A stretch of 64,000 bases of DNA from Patescibacteria group bacterium. Its GTDB lineage: Bacteria; Patescibacteriota; Minisyncoccia; Phycocordibacterales; UBA9973. Location: positions 5,400 to 69,399 of the forward strand of contig JAZKBO010000004.1 in assembly GCA_040388575.1 (NCBI GenBank). The letters are read 5' to 3'. The notes beneath the pieces were generated by a model. The model did not search any database and was not told the origin of the DNA. It saw only the letters and a program-made list of their open reading frames with translations. Made by a program: the position numbers and the translations under genes. Positions 37,359 through 47,267 of the stretch are shown piece by piece (within the stretch, counting starts at the first letter, position 1; the number at the start of each line of letters is the position of its first letter).

Positions 37359-40300
37359 TTATTCCAACACCTCAGGAGTAACTTTATTTTTGAACCCAGT
37401 TCCTGCTGGAATGAGTCGGCCGATGATTACGTTCTCTTTTAGTCCACGAAGGGAATCTACGCCGCCCTTGATAGCATTTTCGATTAAGATACGGTTCGTA
37501 TTCTGGAAGGATGCTGCGGAGAGCCAACTCTTAGTTCGCAGTGATACTTCAGTAATACCTAGAACAACAATTTCAGCTTTGGCTTCCTTGCCACCTTCTT
37601 TAGTAATGCGAACATTTTCCTCAATAAAGGCAGTGTTTTCAACAATATCGCCGATAGAGAAGTTAGTTTCCCCAGCATCTTTGATCTTGCGGCGAGAGAA
37701 CATTTGGCGCACGATAATTTCCGTATGCTTTCTAGAGATAGAGGCACTTTGTAGTTCGTAAACTTTATTGATTTCGGTAATTATGTATTCCTCTACTTGT
37801 TCTTTGCCACCGAATTTAAATATCGCTGCGATGTCCGCTGATCCGTCTGTAAGTAGTTGGCCGGATTTCACTCTGTCCCCTGTTTTTATTATCGGCATTC
37901 TGCGGAAAGGCACCAGGTATTCAATCTCATTCGGCTTGCCATCGAGTTTGGTATCAGAGAGGACTTTAATTAACTTCTCTTTACCTTCTTTATCCTTTAT
38001 CTCAATTACTTCCCCATCACTCTCGGAAATGATAGCTGGATTTTTAGGAATTCGGCGTTCAAAGATTTCTTCAATACGAGGTAAACCAGTAGTGATGTCA
38101 GTACCTGCCACACCTCCAGCGTGGAAAGTTCGCAGCGTTAGCTGAGTTCCTGGCTCACCGATGGCTTGAGCGGCAATAATACCAACTGCTTCACCTTGCT
38201 TGACTATGTGGTTGCGTCCCAAGTCTAGTCCATAGCACATAACGCAAATGCCGTGTACTGTTTTACATGTTAGCGGTGAGCGGACGAATACTTCAGTGAA
38301 TCCGGCCTTTTCTATCGTAATTGCTTCTTCCTTAGTAATCAGGAAGCCTCTCTTGTAAGCCACCTTGCCATCTTTATCCTTCAGGTCGCCGGCCAATACT
38401 CGGCCACGAATATTCTTAGATAGTGGGATTTCAATACCAGAAATATTTTCTTTGGTAACTACTTTTCCTTCCTTAGTACCGCAATCTTCCTCCGTAACAA
38501 CTACATCCTGAGCTACATCCACGAGTCTGCGGGTTAGGTATCCAGCCTTAGCAGTGTTTAGCGCGGTGTCGGATGCTCCCTTACGTGCACCGTGCGTCGT
38601 AACGAAATATTCAATCGGTGAGAGCCCTTCTTGATATGAAGGTATGATTGGAAACTCTAGAGTCTTACCTTGGTTGTTTTGGATGAGTCCTTTCATTCCA
38701 CTCATTTGAGTAAGCTGACCCATAGAACCTCTGGCACCAGAAGTAAATATATCGTAAGTAGAACCATTCTTATCGAGTGACCCTGGCAATACTTTTTCCA
38801 AGTCTTTCTTGGCTTGAGTCCAAATTTCAATAATTTTCTGGTATCGCTCTTCTAGGGATAGAAGACCTTCTTTCCATTCAGATATTACTTGCTCCTCTAA
38901 TTTCCTGCCTTCAGCGATTATCTTCGGCTTCTCCACTGGCACGCTAACGTTATCCAAGCCCCAGGTAATACCAGAAATTGTGGAGTATTTGAATCCGAAC
39001 TCTTTTATCTTGTCCAGTATTGGCGGAGTTTGATCCACGCCATAGGAGAGAATTAATTCGTCAACTAAGGAAGACATTCTCTTCTGGGTCATCTCGTCAT
39101 TAACGTATGAGAAATCATTTGGCAAAATACTATTGAAAAGTAATTTACCAACAGAAGTATCGAATACTTTGCCTTCAAATTTCTTGTACTTAGGTGTATC
39201 AGTAGCTAGAACTTTTATCTTGGCTCGCAGAGAAACAACTCCGTAGTCGAAGGCAGTAATAGCAGTATTTGGATTAGGGAAGTATTTGCCTTCGCCTAAC
39301 TCATTATCTACAAACTTAGTCATCCAGAAAGATCCGAGCACAATGTCCTTACTTGGGTTCACGATTGGGTCACCATTTTGAGGCTTAAGTAGGTTCTTGT
39401 TGGAAGCCATTAATTCTTTGGCTTCTGCTTGAGCTTCTTCTAGAAGTGGTACGTACACAGCCATCTGGTCACCGTCGAAGTCTGCGTTAAAGGCGGCACA
39501 CACGAGTGGGTGCACTTGGATAGCATTACCTTCGATAAGTATTGGGTTGAAAGCCTGAATACCGAGGCGGTGCAGTGTCGGCGCGCGGTTTAGGAGCACA
39601 TACTTGCCTTCAATAACTTCTTCGAGCATGGCCCAAACTTCAGCAGTTCGCTCTTCGATGAGTTTATTGGCACCGCGAATATTGAACGCAAGTTCAGCTT
39701 GAAGAATTTTAGAAATGACGAATGGGCGGAAGAGTTCGAGCGCCATATGCTTTGGCAAACCACACTGATTTAATTTCAATTGCGGACCGACTACGATAAC
39801 GGAACGGCCGGAGTAGTCTACACGCTTACCGAGCAAGTTCTGACGGAAGAGACCTTGTTTTGATTTTAGATTGTCAGATAGGGATTTAAGCGGGCGCTTC
39901 TGGGATTGGCTCATAGCTGCAGAGTCATTTTGCTTAGCAATAGAGTTATCTATCAACGCATCTACTGCTTCCTGAATTATTCTTTTTTCATTTCGAAGAA
40001 TAACGTCAGGAGCATTAATTTCCTTAAGCTTTTTCAAGCGGTTATTGCGGTTGATCACGCGGCGGTATAGGTCGTTAAGGTCGCTTGTTGCATGACGGCC
40101 ACCATCGAGCGCCACCATAGGGCGGAGCACTGGTGGAATAACTGGAATAACTGTTAAGAACATCCACTCTGGACGGATAGAGGCATAAGTCATAGCGCGG
40201 ATAAGGGAGAGCCTCTTTTGTAACTTTTCCTTCTCCACTGCGCTGGCCTTTACTACCATTGCCTCAGTAAGAGTCTTTAGTTTATTTAAGTCTAGATTTT

Positions 40301-40967
40301 TAAATATGGAATATATTGCCTCCGCCCCAATGTTGGCTTCAAAGCAAGTTCCATATTTTAAGGAATAATGATGGAAAGAAATTTCATTGAGCACCTTACC
40401 CTCGTATATTTCACCGATTTCTTTTTTGGTAACTGAAAGTAAAGTCTTCAACTTCTCGCGAGTTTCCTCGTCTGGAATACTTTTAACCTTTGTCTTGTAC
40501 TCTTTATCCAGGCCGCTGATAAGAGTAGCTTTTTCTTCCTCATGCACCTTGGTAATGATGTAGCCGGCAAAGTAAATAACCTTCTCTAGGTCAGAGACAG
40601 AAATATTAAGGAGGATACTCATGCGGGATGGTACGCCACGTAGGAACCAGATGTGGGAAACTGGAGTAGAGAGCTCAATATGGCCCATGCGTTCACGACG
40701 AACGATAGAGCGGGTAACTTCCACGCCACACTTCTCGCAGATAATGTCCTTATACCTTATGCGGCGGTACTTTCCACAGTAACATTCATAATCCTTCTCC
40801 GGTCCGAAAATCTTCTCGTCGAAAAGGCCTCCACGCTCAGAGCGGCCAGTTCGATAATTTATCGTCTCAGGCTTGGTGACTTCCCCGTAGGACCATTCCT
40901 TGATCTGCTCCGGTGATGCGAGACGTAGTGTGATGTAATCAAATTCAGTTAAATTTAAAGTTTTCAT
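37359..40967 (-). CDS. rpoC: RNA polymerase beta' subunit
   Basis: [25 protein letters not shown]. Confidence 0.98.
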   Translation of the reverse strand: MKTLNLTEFDYITLRLASPEQIKEWSYGEVTKPETINYRTGRSERGGLFDEKIFGPEKDYECYCGKYRRIRYKDIICEKCGVEVTRSIVRRERMGHIELSTPVSHIWFLRGVPSRMSILLNISVSDLEKVIYFAGYIITKVHEEEKATLISGLDKEYKTKVKSIPDEETREKLKTLLSVTKKEIGEIYEGKVLNEISFHHYSLKYGTCFEANIGAEAIYSIFKNLDLNKLKTLTEAMVVKASAVEKEKLQKRLSLIRAMTYASIRPEWMFLTVIPVIPPVLRPMVALDGGRHATSDLNDLYRRVINRNNRLKKLKEINAPDVILRNEKRIIQEAVDALIDNSIAKQNDSAAMSQSQKRPLKSLSDNLKSKQGLFRQNLLGKRVDYSGRSVIVVGPQLKLNQCGLPKHMALELFRPFVISKILQAELAFNIRGANKLIEERTAEVWAMLEEVIEGKYVLLNRAPTLHRLGIQAFNPILIEGNAIQVHPLVCAAFNADFDGDQMAVYVPLLEEAQAEAKELMASNKNLLKPQNGDPIVNPSKDIVLGSFWMTKFVDNELGEGKYFPNPNTAITAFDYGVVSLRAKIKVLATDTPKYKKFEGKVFDTSVGKLLFNSILPNDFSYVNDEMTQKRMSSLVDELILSYGVDQTPPILDKIKEFGFKYSTISGITWGLDNVSVPVEKPKIIAEGRKLEEQVISEWKEGLLSLEERYQKIIEIWTQAKKDLEKVLPGSLDKNGSTYDIFTSGARGSMGQLTQMSGMKGLIQNNQGKTLEFPIIPSYQEGLSPIEYFVTTHGARKGASDTALNTAKAGYLTRRLVDVAQDVVVTEEDCGTKEGKVVTKENISGIEIPLSKNIRGRVLAGDLKDKDGKVAYKRGFLITKEEAITIEKAGFTEVFVRSPLTCKTVHGICVMCYGLDLGRNHIVKQGEAVGIIAAQAIGEPGTQLTLRTFHAGGVAGTDITTGLPRIEEIFERRIPKNPAIISESDGEVIEIKDKEGKEKLIKVLSDTKLDGKPNEIEYLVPFRRMPIIKTGDRVKSGQLLTDGSADIAAIFKFGGKEQVEEYIITEINKVYELQSASISRKHTEIIVRQMFSRRKIKDAGETNFSIGDIVENTAFIEENVRITKEGGKEAKAEIVVLGITEVSLRTKSWLSAASFQNTNRILIENAIKGGVDSLRGLKENVIIGRLIPAGTGFKNKVTPEVLE

Positions 40968-40984
40968 ATAATTTTTTTGTTATT

Positions 40985-43900
40985 TTATTCCTCTAATTTC
41001 TCCTGAATTTCTTTCGGGGAGTATTTTTTAAGATTTACATCAAGTGCTAGACCTCTTAAGTAATTTAAGAGCACATTGAATGACGCTGGTGAGTTCGGGG
41101 AGCGAATCTTTTCATTCTTGATAATAGAGTCGAAGGTAGCAGAGCGGCCGAGGATATCGTCGGACTTGATGGTGAGCATTTCACGTAGTGTGTATGCAGC
41201 GCCGTAGCCTTCGAGTGCCCAGACTTCCATTTCTCCGAATCTCTGTCCGCCGCCTTGAGCTTTACCGCCGAGTGGCTGTTGGGTGATGAGCGAGTAGGGA
41301 CCAATGGAACGCATATGGATCTTGTCTTCCACCATATGGTGCAGCTTGAGCATATACATATATCCTACTGCTACGTCTTGCTGGAAAGCCTCGCCTGTGC
41401 GGCCGTCAAATAGCTTCATTTTGCCGCTCTCTGGCAATCCCGCTGCTTTTAATTCTGCCTTTATCTCTTCATGACGAGCTCCTAGGAATGGAGGCACAAT
41501 TGCCTGATAGCCTAAAGTGTTAGCAGCCATACCTAGGTGAATTTCTAGAATTTGACCCAAGTTCATACGTGATGGCACGCCGAGTGGTGAGAGGATGATA
41601 TCAACTGGAGTACCATCTTCCATGTATGGCATATCTTCCTCTGGTAGAACTGTTGAAATAACACCCTTGTTACCGTGGCGGCCCGAGAGCTTGTCTCCAA
41701 CTGAAATGTTTCGGATCTGGGCAACTTCGATAACAATTTTCTTGATGATGCCAGCTTCTAGTGTATGGCCAAGGTCGCGAGAGAAAATTTTAACTCCGAT
41801 TATGCGCCCACGCTTGCCGTGTTCCATACGCAGCGATGTGTCTTTAACATCACGAGCCTTTTCCGCAAAGATAGAGCGGAGCAATCTCTCCTCTGGAGTA
41901 AGTTCCGTCTCACCCTTTGGGGTAATTTTACCAACTAAAATATCATTTTCGCGAACTTCAGCTCCGATACGGACAATGCCGTCCTCATCTAGGTCCTTAA
42001 GTTTAAGCTCACCCACATTCGGGATATCGCGAGTAGTAATTTCCGGCCCAAGCTTAGTATCGCGAACAGTACAAATAAATTCCTCAACATATACAGATGT
42101 AAATTTACTTTTCTTTACTAGGCGTTCAGAAATAATTATAGCGTCTTCGTATGTTGAACCTGACCAAGAAAGGAAAGCAACTAGAATATTCTGCCCGATA
42201 GAAATCTGCCCACCTACAGTGCTCGAAGTGTCGGCAAGAACTCCACCCTTCTTTACCTTATCTCCTACTGATACTGCAGAGCGCTGGTGGAATACAGAGA
42301 AGTTGTTGTTGCGCAGGAAATTAACTAATGGATAAGTCTTTTCGCTCTTGCCTTTTACTACTACTTTCTTCGAATCTAAGTATGAAACTACTCCTTCCTC
42401 TTCGGCGAGGACAAGACGGCCACCATCGCGGGATGCTAACTCTTCAATACCAGTTGCAACTAGTGGCACTTCTGGTAGTACGCATGGTACTGCCTGCTTT
42501 TGCATGTTCGAGCCCATCAGCGCACGGTTAGCGTCGTTGTGTTCGAGGAATGGAATCATAGAAGTAGCAAGTGAGAATGCTTGGTTGGCAGCAACGTCAA
42601 TAAAGTCCACTGCTTCGCGAGCAATAGTTCCTGGCTCTGTTTTTACTCTCGCCTCAACTTTTTCTTCAGTGATTTTACCTGTTTCTTCGTCATACGGAAT
42701 ACCAGCGTGCGCAATGTTGTACTTTTCTTCATCGAGTGCATTGAGGTAAACCATCTCGCCAGTGATCTTACCATTCTTAACTTTGATATATGGGGTTTCG
42801 ATTATACCGAATTCATTTATTTTGGCATATGTTGAAAGGTGCACGATAAGACCGATGTTCGGACCTTCAGGAGTATGAATAGGACAAACGCGGCCGTAGT
42901 GGGATGGGTGCACGTCACGCACTTCGAGGCCCGCTCGCTCGCGAGTTAAGCCTCCTGGACCAAGAGCTGAAAGTAAGCGTAGGTGCTCCATTTCCGCAAG
43001 CACATTTTCCTGACTCATGAATTGAGAGAGCTGGTTGGTAGTGAAAAATTCTTTAATACGAGCCTGTAGTGGGCGCTGGTTAATGATCTGGATAGGCATC
43101 GCTGTCTGCACATCGATGATAGACATGCGGTCCTGAATGTTGCGCTTGATCTGCATCATACCGGTGCGGATCTTTTGCTGTAGAATTTCACCGACGAAGC
43201 GCACACGACGTTGACCGAGGTGGTCGATGTCGTCACTCTTTGCTCCCGGGGTATTGTTAAGAACAATAATATGGGTAATTACTGTGAGTAAATCTTCTTT
43301 GGAAATTGTGCGGCGAGCCATTTCAGCCTCATCCATACTCTTATTGAAGCGCTGATTGAAACGGAAACGTCCAACTGGGGAGAGGTCATAACGCTCAGAA
43401 GTAAATAATGAATTTATAAATTCTTTAGCATTTTCCGCAGTAGCCATGTCACCATCGCGTAGGCGCTTGTAGATTTCAATATAGGATTCACTTAAAGTTT
43501 TTACGCCATCCTTAGCTAGACATGCCTTAATAGCTTCCTCGGTTACTGGATTCTTAGCAAAAGCTTTAGTGATAGCTTCACTCGTCTCATAGCCCATTGC
43601 CCGTAGGAGTGCAGTAGCTGGGAACTTCCTCTTTTTGTCTATTCTTATGTAAATTGCGCCGTCAGCTTCAGACTCTATTTCAATCCAGACTCCGCGAGCT
43701 GGGATAATCTTGGCTCCGAAGTATGTTTTACCCTTACTCTCGCTTTGAGTGAAGAAAACACCGAAGCTTCTGGCAAGCTGCGGCACGATAACTCGCTCTA
43801 CGCCGTTGATGATGAAGGTTCCGTGTGGAGTCATTACTGGGAGGTCGGACATGAATATCTCTTGCTCCTTTACAGTGCCTAGGATTTTATTAGTGAGCTT

Positions 43901-44179
43901 CACGCGCACTTTCAGCGCTCCCTGGTAAGAGAGTTTATTTACTTTTGTATCATTCTCATCTGTCTTCGGCTCGCCGAGCGAGAAGGAAGAAAATTCCAAT
44001 TGGAACTTTTTACCGGAGTAGTCCGATATTGGTGAGAATTCTTTGAAAACTTCTTTGATCCCCTGTTCCACCAGCCACTTGTAGGATTTGAGTTGAGCTT
44101 CGATCAAATTTGGGAATTCGACCAACGGCTTCTTGTACCTACCAAAATACTTCTTCGGACGCTTGAGATCTGTTTGCAT
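40985..44179 (-). CDS. rpoB: RNA polymerase beta subunit
   Basis: RDVHPSHYGRVCP, GDKLSGRHGNKG, GGQRFGEMEVWA. Likely start MQTDLK at 44179. Confidence 0.98.
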   Translation of the reverse strand: MQTDLKRPKKYFGRYKKPLVEFPNLIEAQLKSYKWLVEQGIKEVFKEFSPISDYSGKKFQLEFSSFSLGEPKTDENDTKVNKLSYQGALKVRVKLTNKILGTVKEQEIFMSDLPVMTPHGTFIINGVERVIVPQLARSFGVFFTQSESKGKTYFGAKIIPARGVWIEIESEADGAIYIRIDKKRKFPATALLRAMGYETSEAITKAFAKNPVTEEAIKACLAKDGVKTLSESYIEIYKRLRDGDMATAENAKEFINSLFTSERYDLSPVGRFRFNQRFNKSMDEAEMARRTISKEDLLTVITHIIVLNNTPGAKSDDIDHLGQRRVRFVGEILQQKIRTGMMQIKRNIQDRMSIIDVQTAMPIQIINQRPLQARIKEFFTTNQLSQFMSQENVLAEMEHLRLLSALGPGGLTRERAGLEVRDVHPSHYGRVCPIHTPEGPNIGLIVHLSTYAKINEFGIIETPYIKVKNGKITGEMVYLNALDEEKYNIAHAGIPYDEETGKITEEKVEARVKTEPGTIAREAVDFIDVAANQAFSLATSMIPFLEHNDANRALMGSNMQKQAVPCVLPEVPLVATGIEELASRDGGRLVLAEEEGVVSYLDSKKVVVKGKSEKTYPLVNFLRNNNFSVFHQRSAVSVGDKVKKGGVLADTSSTVGGQISIGQNILVAFLSWSGSTYEDAIIISERLVKKSKFTSVYVEEFICTVRDTKLGPEITTRDIPNVGELKLKDLDEDGIVRIGAEVRENDILVGKITPKGETELTPEERLLRSIFAEKARDVKDTSLRMEHGKRGRIIGVKIFSRDLGHTLEAGIIKKIVIEVAQIRNISVGDKLSGRHGNKGVISTVLPEEDMPYMEDGTPVDIILSPLGVPSRMNLGQILEIHLGMAANTLGYQAIVPPFLGARHEEIKAELKAAGLPESGKMKLFDGRTGEAFQQDVAVGYMYMLKLHHMVEDKIHMRSIGPYSLITQQPLGGKAQGGGQRFGEMEVWALEGYGAAYTLREMLTIKSDDILGRSATFDSIIKNEKIRSPNSPASFNVLLNYLRGLALDVNLKKYSPKEIQEKLEE

Positions 44180-44328
44180 AATAGTTTTCTCTCCCCGCTG
44201 TGCGGGGTAAGAAATAAACAAAACAAAAGAGAGAAAAGGCTTTTGCTTTACTTACTTCCTATAAATTAAAAAACGCCTTTTTTAAGGGCCTAATAATGGA
44301 GAAACGTCATTACTCAATCGGTATTACC

Positions 44329-44356
44329 AGTATACTCGGATTAGTTTTTTTGTCAA
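44329..44356 (-). promoter_or_regulatory. rpoBC promoter
   Basis: TTGACA-16nt-TATACT about 150 nt upstream of rpoB. Confidence 0.7.
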
Positions 44357-44374
44357 ATGTGCATAAAAACACAA

Positions 44375-44406
44375 AGTCGAGCGCGACTCTGTGGTCGTAC
44401 TCGACT
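44375..44406 (-). terminator. Hairpin/terminator after cassette C
   Basis: AGTCGAGTACGAC-CACAGA-GTCGCGCTCGACT followed by TTGTGTTTTT. Confidence 0.7.
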
Positions 44407-44408
44407 AC

Positions 44409-44729
44409 TTACTTGGACTCTCTCTTTTCTGCCTTCACGCATTCGTCCCGCAGTGTCAGGGCGATTCGAAAAACTGCGTGCGTGAGTTTGTCTTTCTCTG
44501 GGGCGATGAGGTCGGTCCGGTGAGTCGACACCCGAATCACTGCTGACAGTAGTGCTCGCATGTCATCTTCCGGAACTTCATCAAAAATAGAGTCGACTAT
44601 GGCTTTATGAAGAGCAAGGTAAAAGCTCACCAAATCGCCCAAACGCTGCTCCCCACATTCTCGCAGTTCAGCCTTCAACATCGATTCCATCGTTTTGACA
44701 GCTTCCTTATTAGGATAAACTGGCAACAT
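44409..44729 (-). CDS. Orphan helical protein (cassette C)
   Basis: TTGACA-16-TAGGCT promoter; GGAGGAGG 5 nt before ATG 44729 (MLPVYPN). Confidence 0.7.
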   Translation of the reverse strand: MLPVYPNKEAVKTMESMLKAELRECGEQRLGDLVSFYLALHKAIVDSIFDEVPEDDMRALLSAVIRVSTHRTDLIAPEKDKLTHAVFRIALTLRDECVKAEKRESK

Positions 44730-44782
44730 GGGAACCTCCTCCATTTATTAGCCTACTATCTGTAAAGTTGTTGTCAAACTAT

Positions 44783-45430
44783 TTATTTCCTCTTCTTCCA
44801 CTCCTCTATCTTGGCGTGATTTCCAGAAAGCAAAACTTTAGGCACACGGTAGTTTTTACCCTTATGTTTAAGGATTTCAGGGCGAGTGTAAACTTCACTA
44901 GAGGAAACTCGTTCTTCTTCGAGCGATTCGTATTTACCCAGAACGCCAGGGATTTGGCGGGAAATGGAGTCGATCAGGATCATGGCTGGCAGCTCCCCGC
45001 CAGTTACTACATAGTCCCCTATGGAGTATTTCTTGGTCTTAAAAATTTTATCCACGCGTGCATCAATGCCTTCGTACCTGCCACAAATTAAAATAATATC
45101 TTTGTAATTTTTAGATAACTTTTTTGCTTCACCGGTGGTAAACTTTTCTGCAGTTGGAATAAAATTTATTACCAGAACTTTTCCCTTCGATTTACTCAGG
45201 GCCTTCGCCACTGCTGCGGCTACGGGCTCCGCCCTCATTACCATACCAGGCCCGCCGCCATAAGGCTTGTCGTCCACTGGCCTGTAATTATTCTTGGGTG
45301 CTTTAATGAAGTCCCGTGGATTATAAAATTTAATATCAATATGCTTATTCTTTATCGCCCGGCCAATAATAGACTCATTTAAATATGAGTCGAACATGTC
45401 CGGAAAAATTGTAATTATGTGAAAATTCAT
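44783..45430 (-). CDS. trmD: tRNA (guanine-N1)-methyltransferase
   Basis: VDDKPYGGGPGMV, CGRYEGIDAR, SIGDYVVTGGE, LLSGNH. Confidence 0.96.
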   Translation of the reverse strand: MNFHIITIFPDMFDSYLNESIIGRAIKNKHIDIKFYNPRDFIKAPKNNYRPVDDKPYGGGPGMVMRAEPVAAAVAKALSKSKGKVLVINFIPTAEKFTTGEAKKLSKNYKDIILICGRYEGIDARVDKIFKTKKYSIGDYVVTGGELPAMILIDSISRQIPGVLGKYESLEEERVSSSEVYTRPEILKHKGKNYRVPKVLLSGNHAKIEEWKKRK

Positions 45431-45517
45431 TCTTGTTTTACTTTGTATTTATATCACAAATTCATTAAAAGTAGTGACGGCCGGCAACCTTCTGGTTGCC
45501 GGCCTGTTCACGATGCT

Positions 45518-45745
45518 TCAGCGTGCGTGCAGTCTGTAGTGGTAGATGCTGTTCCATTGGATGGCACGGAGCCCACGCGTCGCAGCCCAGCTATCGACTT
45601 GGGCTGGCAGTTCGCTGTCCGGCATTACACCGGCCTCGGCAAGAAACGCCTTGAGCTCCTCCACCATTTGGGGTTGCGGTCCCGCGTCGCCCAGGATTCG
45701 GATATCTCTATTGTGCATCCACACTTCGTAAAGAGCCTTCGTCAT
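45518..45745 (-). CDS. GC-rich orphan (75 aa, cassette D)
   Basis: MTKALYEVWMH start after GAGGG; own promoter; perfect hairpin GGCCGGCAACC-N4-GGTTGCCGGCC at 45479-45504. Confidence 0.6.
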   Translation of the reverse strand: MTKALYEVWMHNRDIRILGDAGPQPQMVEELKAFLAEAGVMPDSELPAQVDSWAATRGLRAIQWNSIYHYRLHAR

Positions 45746-45764
45746 GTTAGGTACCCTCAATACT

Positions 45765-45792
45765 ATTATGTCACTTTTATATAAAAAGTCAA
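45765..45792 (-). promoter_or_regulatory. Promoter of cassette D with inverted repeat ACTTTT-N5-AAAAGT
   Basis: TTGACT-ttttatataaaagtga-CATAAT. Confidence 0.65.
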
Positions 45793-45871
45793 ACAAAATT
45801 CTTTATTAAAATAGTTATGGCCGGCCTCATCTTTCGATAAGTCCGGCCACGTTGCTTGAGCCTTATGGCTC

Positions 45872-46264
45872 TTACTGCACGATTTGCACCGGCAGCTGGA
45901 TGTACGCTGGGAACTGATGAGTCGCGTCGTGCACTTCGACCCACCACTGATCCTTCTTCCACTTGCCGCCGACTTCCATGCCCACTTGTGCGGCCAGGCA
46001 GCCCATTGCTCCCCATTCCTCACCCTTGTCATTGAGCAATGAGTAGCGGTCCATATCGAGCGTGACCGCCCCGAGCTTGGCCGTCATCCGGCCATGCCGC
46101 TGGAGGTCGGGGTTCCTGGCAGGCGGGACCGGTCTTACCGGCACCTCCGTTACGGCGGGAGCGACAGTGGTCGAGCACGGCTTCCCTTTCATGAGGCCGA
46201 TGCCCAGACCCACCAAAGCCCCCACCATGAAAACGTTAAACAAGCCAATCCCTCTTCGAAACAT
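45872..46264 (-). CDS. GC-rich orphan membrane-anchored protein (cassette E)
   Basis: AGGAG 4 nt before ATG; N-terminal TM and Pro-rich linker; GAAA-loop hairpin at 45818-45849. Confidence 0.7.
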   Translation of the reverse strand: MFRRGIGLFNVFMVGALVGLGIGLMKGKPCSTTVAPAVTEVPVRPVPPARNPDLQRHGRMTAKLGAVTLDMDRYSLLNDKGEEWGAMGCLAAQVGMEVGGKWKKDQWWVEVHDATHQFPAYIQLPVQIVQ

Positions 46265-46315
46265 ATTACTCCTGTCTGCGCATCCAAGCGCCTTAATCGA
46301 GATACTTACTACTAT

Positions 46316-46343
46316 ATTATATCACTTTTGTATAAAAAGTCAA
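46316..46343 (-). promoter_or_regulatory. Promoter of cassette E, near-identical to the cassette D promoter
   Basis: TTGACT-ttttatacaaaagtga-TATAAT. Confidence 0.7.
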
Positions 46344-46351
46344 ACAAAAAA

Positions 46352-46369
46352 CTCCGACCTGGGTCGGAG
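46352..46369 (-). terminator. Terminator after khpA
   Basis: Minus strand reads CTCCGACC-CA-GGTCGGAG then TTTTTTGTTT. Confidence 0.7.
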
Positions 46370-46396
46370 CTCTTTGTTTTTATATTTTTCTAGAAA

Positions 46397-46801
46397 CTAA
46401 ATACCCTTAAGGTCCTCCATTGCTTCATCCACAGTTTTAAGTGAAGAAGGTGCTGCGCCTGGGGATCTCTCTCCTGGAGCTCGAGGTGGGATGTCACTGG
46501 TTGTGCCCATTCCCCCATCCATGCCTCGGTCGCCGCCATGGCCTCCGGTACCGCCTTCAGGCTCGTTAATCTTCAAGTTCACGCGAGCATTATTCTTCAT
46601 ACCTATGATGCGGAGCAATGTGCGGATAGCTTTAGCAGTGTTGCCCATGCGGCCGATGATTTTACCCATGTCTGCTGGGTTAACTGTCAGGGTTATAAGT
46701 ACGCCCATTTCGTCGACTGTCCTATCGATCTTTACATCATTTGGATTGTCAACGAGAGCCTTAACTACATATTCTAGAAATACTTTGTCTGCGTCTTGCA
46801 T
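46397..46801 (-). CDS. khpA: KH-domain RNA-binding protein
   Basis: LEYVVKALVDNP, DMGKIIGRMGNTAKAIRTLL; downstream of rpsP. Confidence 0.9.
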   Translation of the reverse strand: MQDADKVFLEYVVKALVDNPNDVKIDRTVDEMGVLITLTVNPADMGKIIGRMGNTAKAIRTLLRIIGMKNNARVNLKINEPEGGTGGHGGDRGMDGGMGTTSDIPPRAPGERSPGAAPSSLKTVDEAMEDLKGI

Positions 46802-46900
46802 AATATCTTATCTATTTAAGCTTCTAAATTCTCTTACTGAGAGTGGCAGTATACGACGGACTGCTTATTTAATTATATCAAAATGAGAGTCTAAAGCAAA

Positions 46901-47209
46901 TTATTTTTTCGCTTTGAGTTCCTTTCTTTTTACAGTTGGCTTTTTCTTTGGAAGAACGTTTATTTTCTTACCTTCTATCGCCTTCTGGAGCACCAGGAAG
47001 TTGTGCATAGTTGGAGAGAGCTGGGCGCCCTTACTAATCCAGTGCTTCATCCTCTCGGTTTCAAATTTAGCCTCCCCTGCTTTCGGGTTATAAGTGCCTA
47101 GAATTTCTAAAAACCTGCCGCTCTTGGTGGAGTTCTTGGAGTCGGTTAAAACTGCCCTGAAGGAAGGGTCATTCTTGCGGCCTATTCGCTGTAAACGTAT
47201 TTTTAACAT
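46901..47209 (-). CDS. rpsP: 30S ribosomal protein S16
   Basis: MLKIRLQRIGRK, GRFLEILGTYNP, GAQLS. Confidence 0.96.
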   Translation of the reverse strand: MLKIRLQRIGRKNDPSFRAVLTDSKNSTKSGRFLEILGTYNPKAGEAKFETERMKHWISKGAQLSPTMHNFLVLQKAIEGKKINVLPKKKPTVKRKELKAKK

Positions 47210-47267
47210 TGTTTGAGTCTAACATAGAAATTTAAAAAAGCAATATTCTGTGTTATATTTAAAGGTA

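Noticed and set aside
41595-42835. Long + strand ORFs opposite rpoB, and similar ones opposite mreB, dnaG, gyrB and the ABC genes
   Set aside because: Antisense shadows of well-conserved genes, with Ser/Ile/Pro-rich non-protein-like composition.
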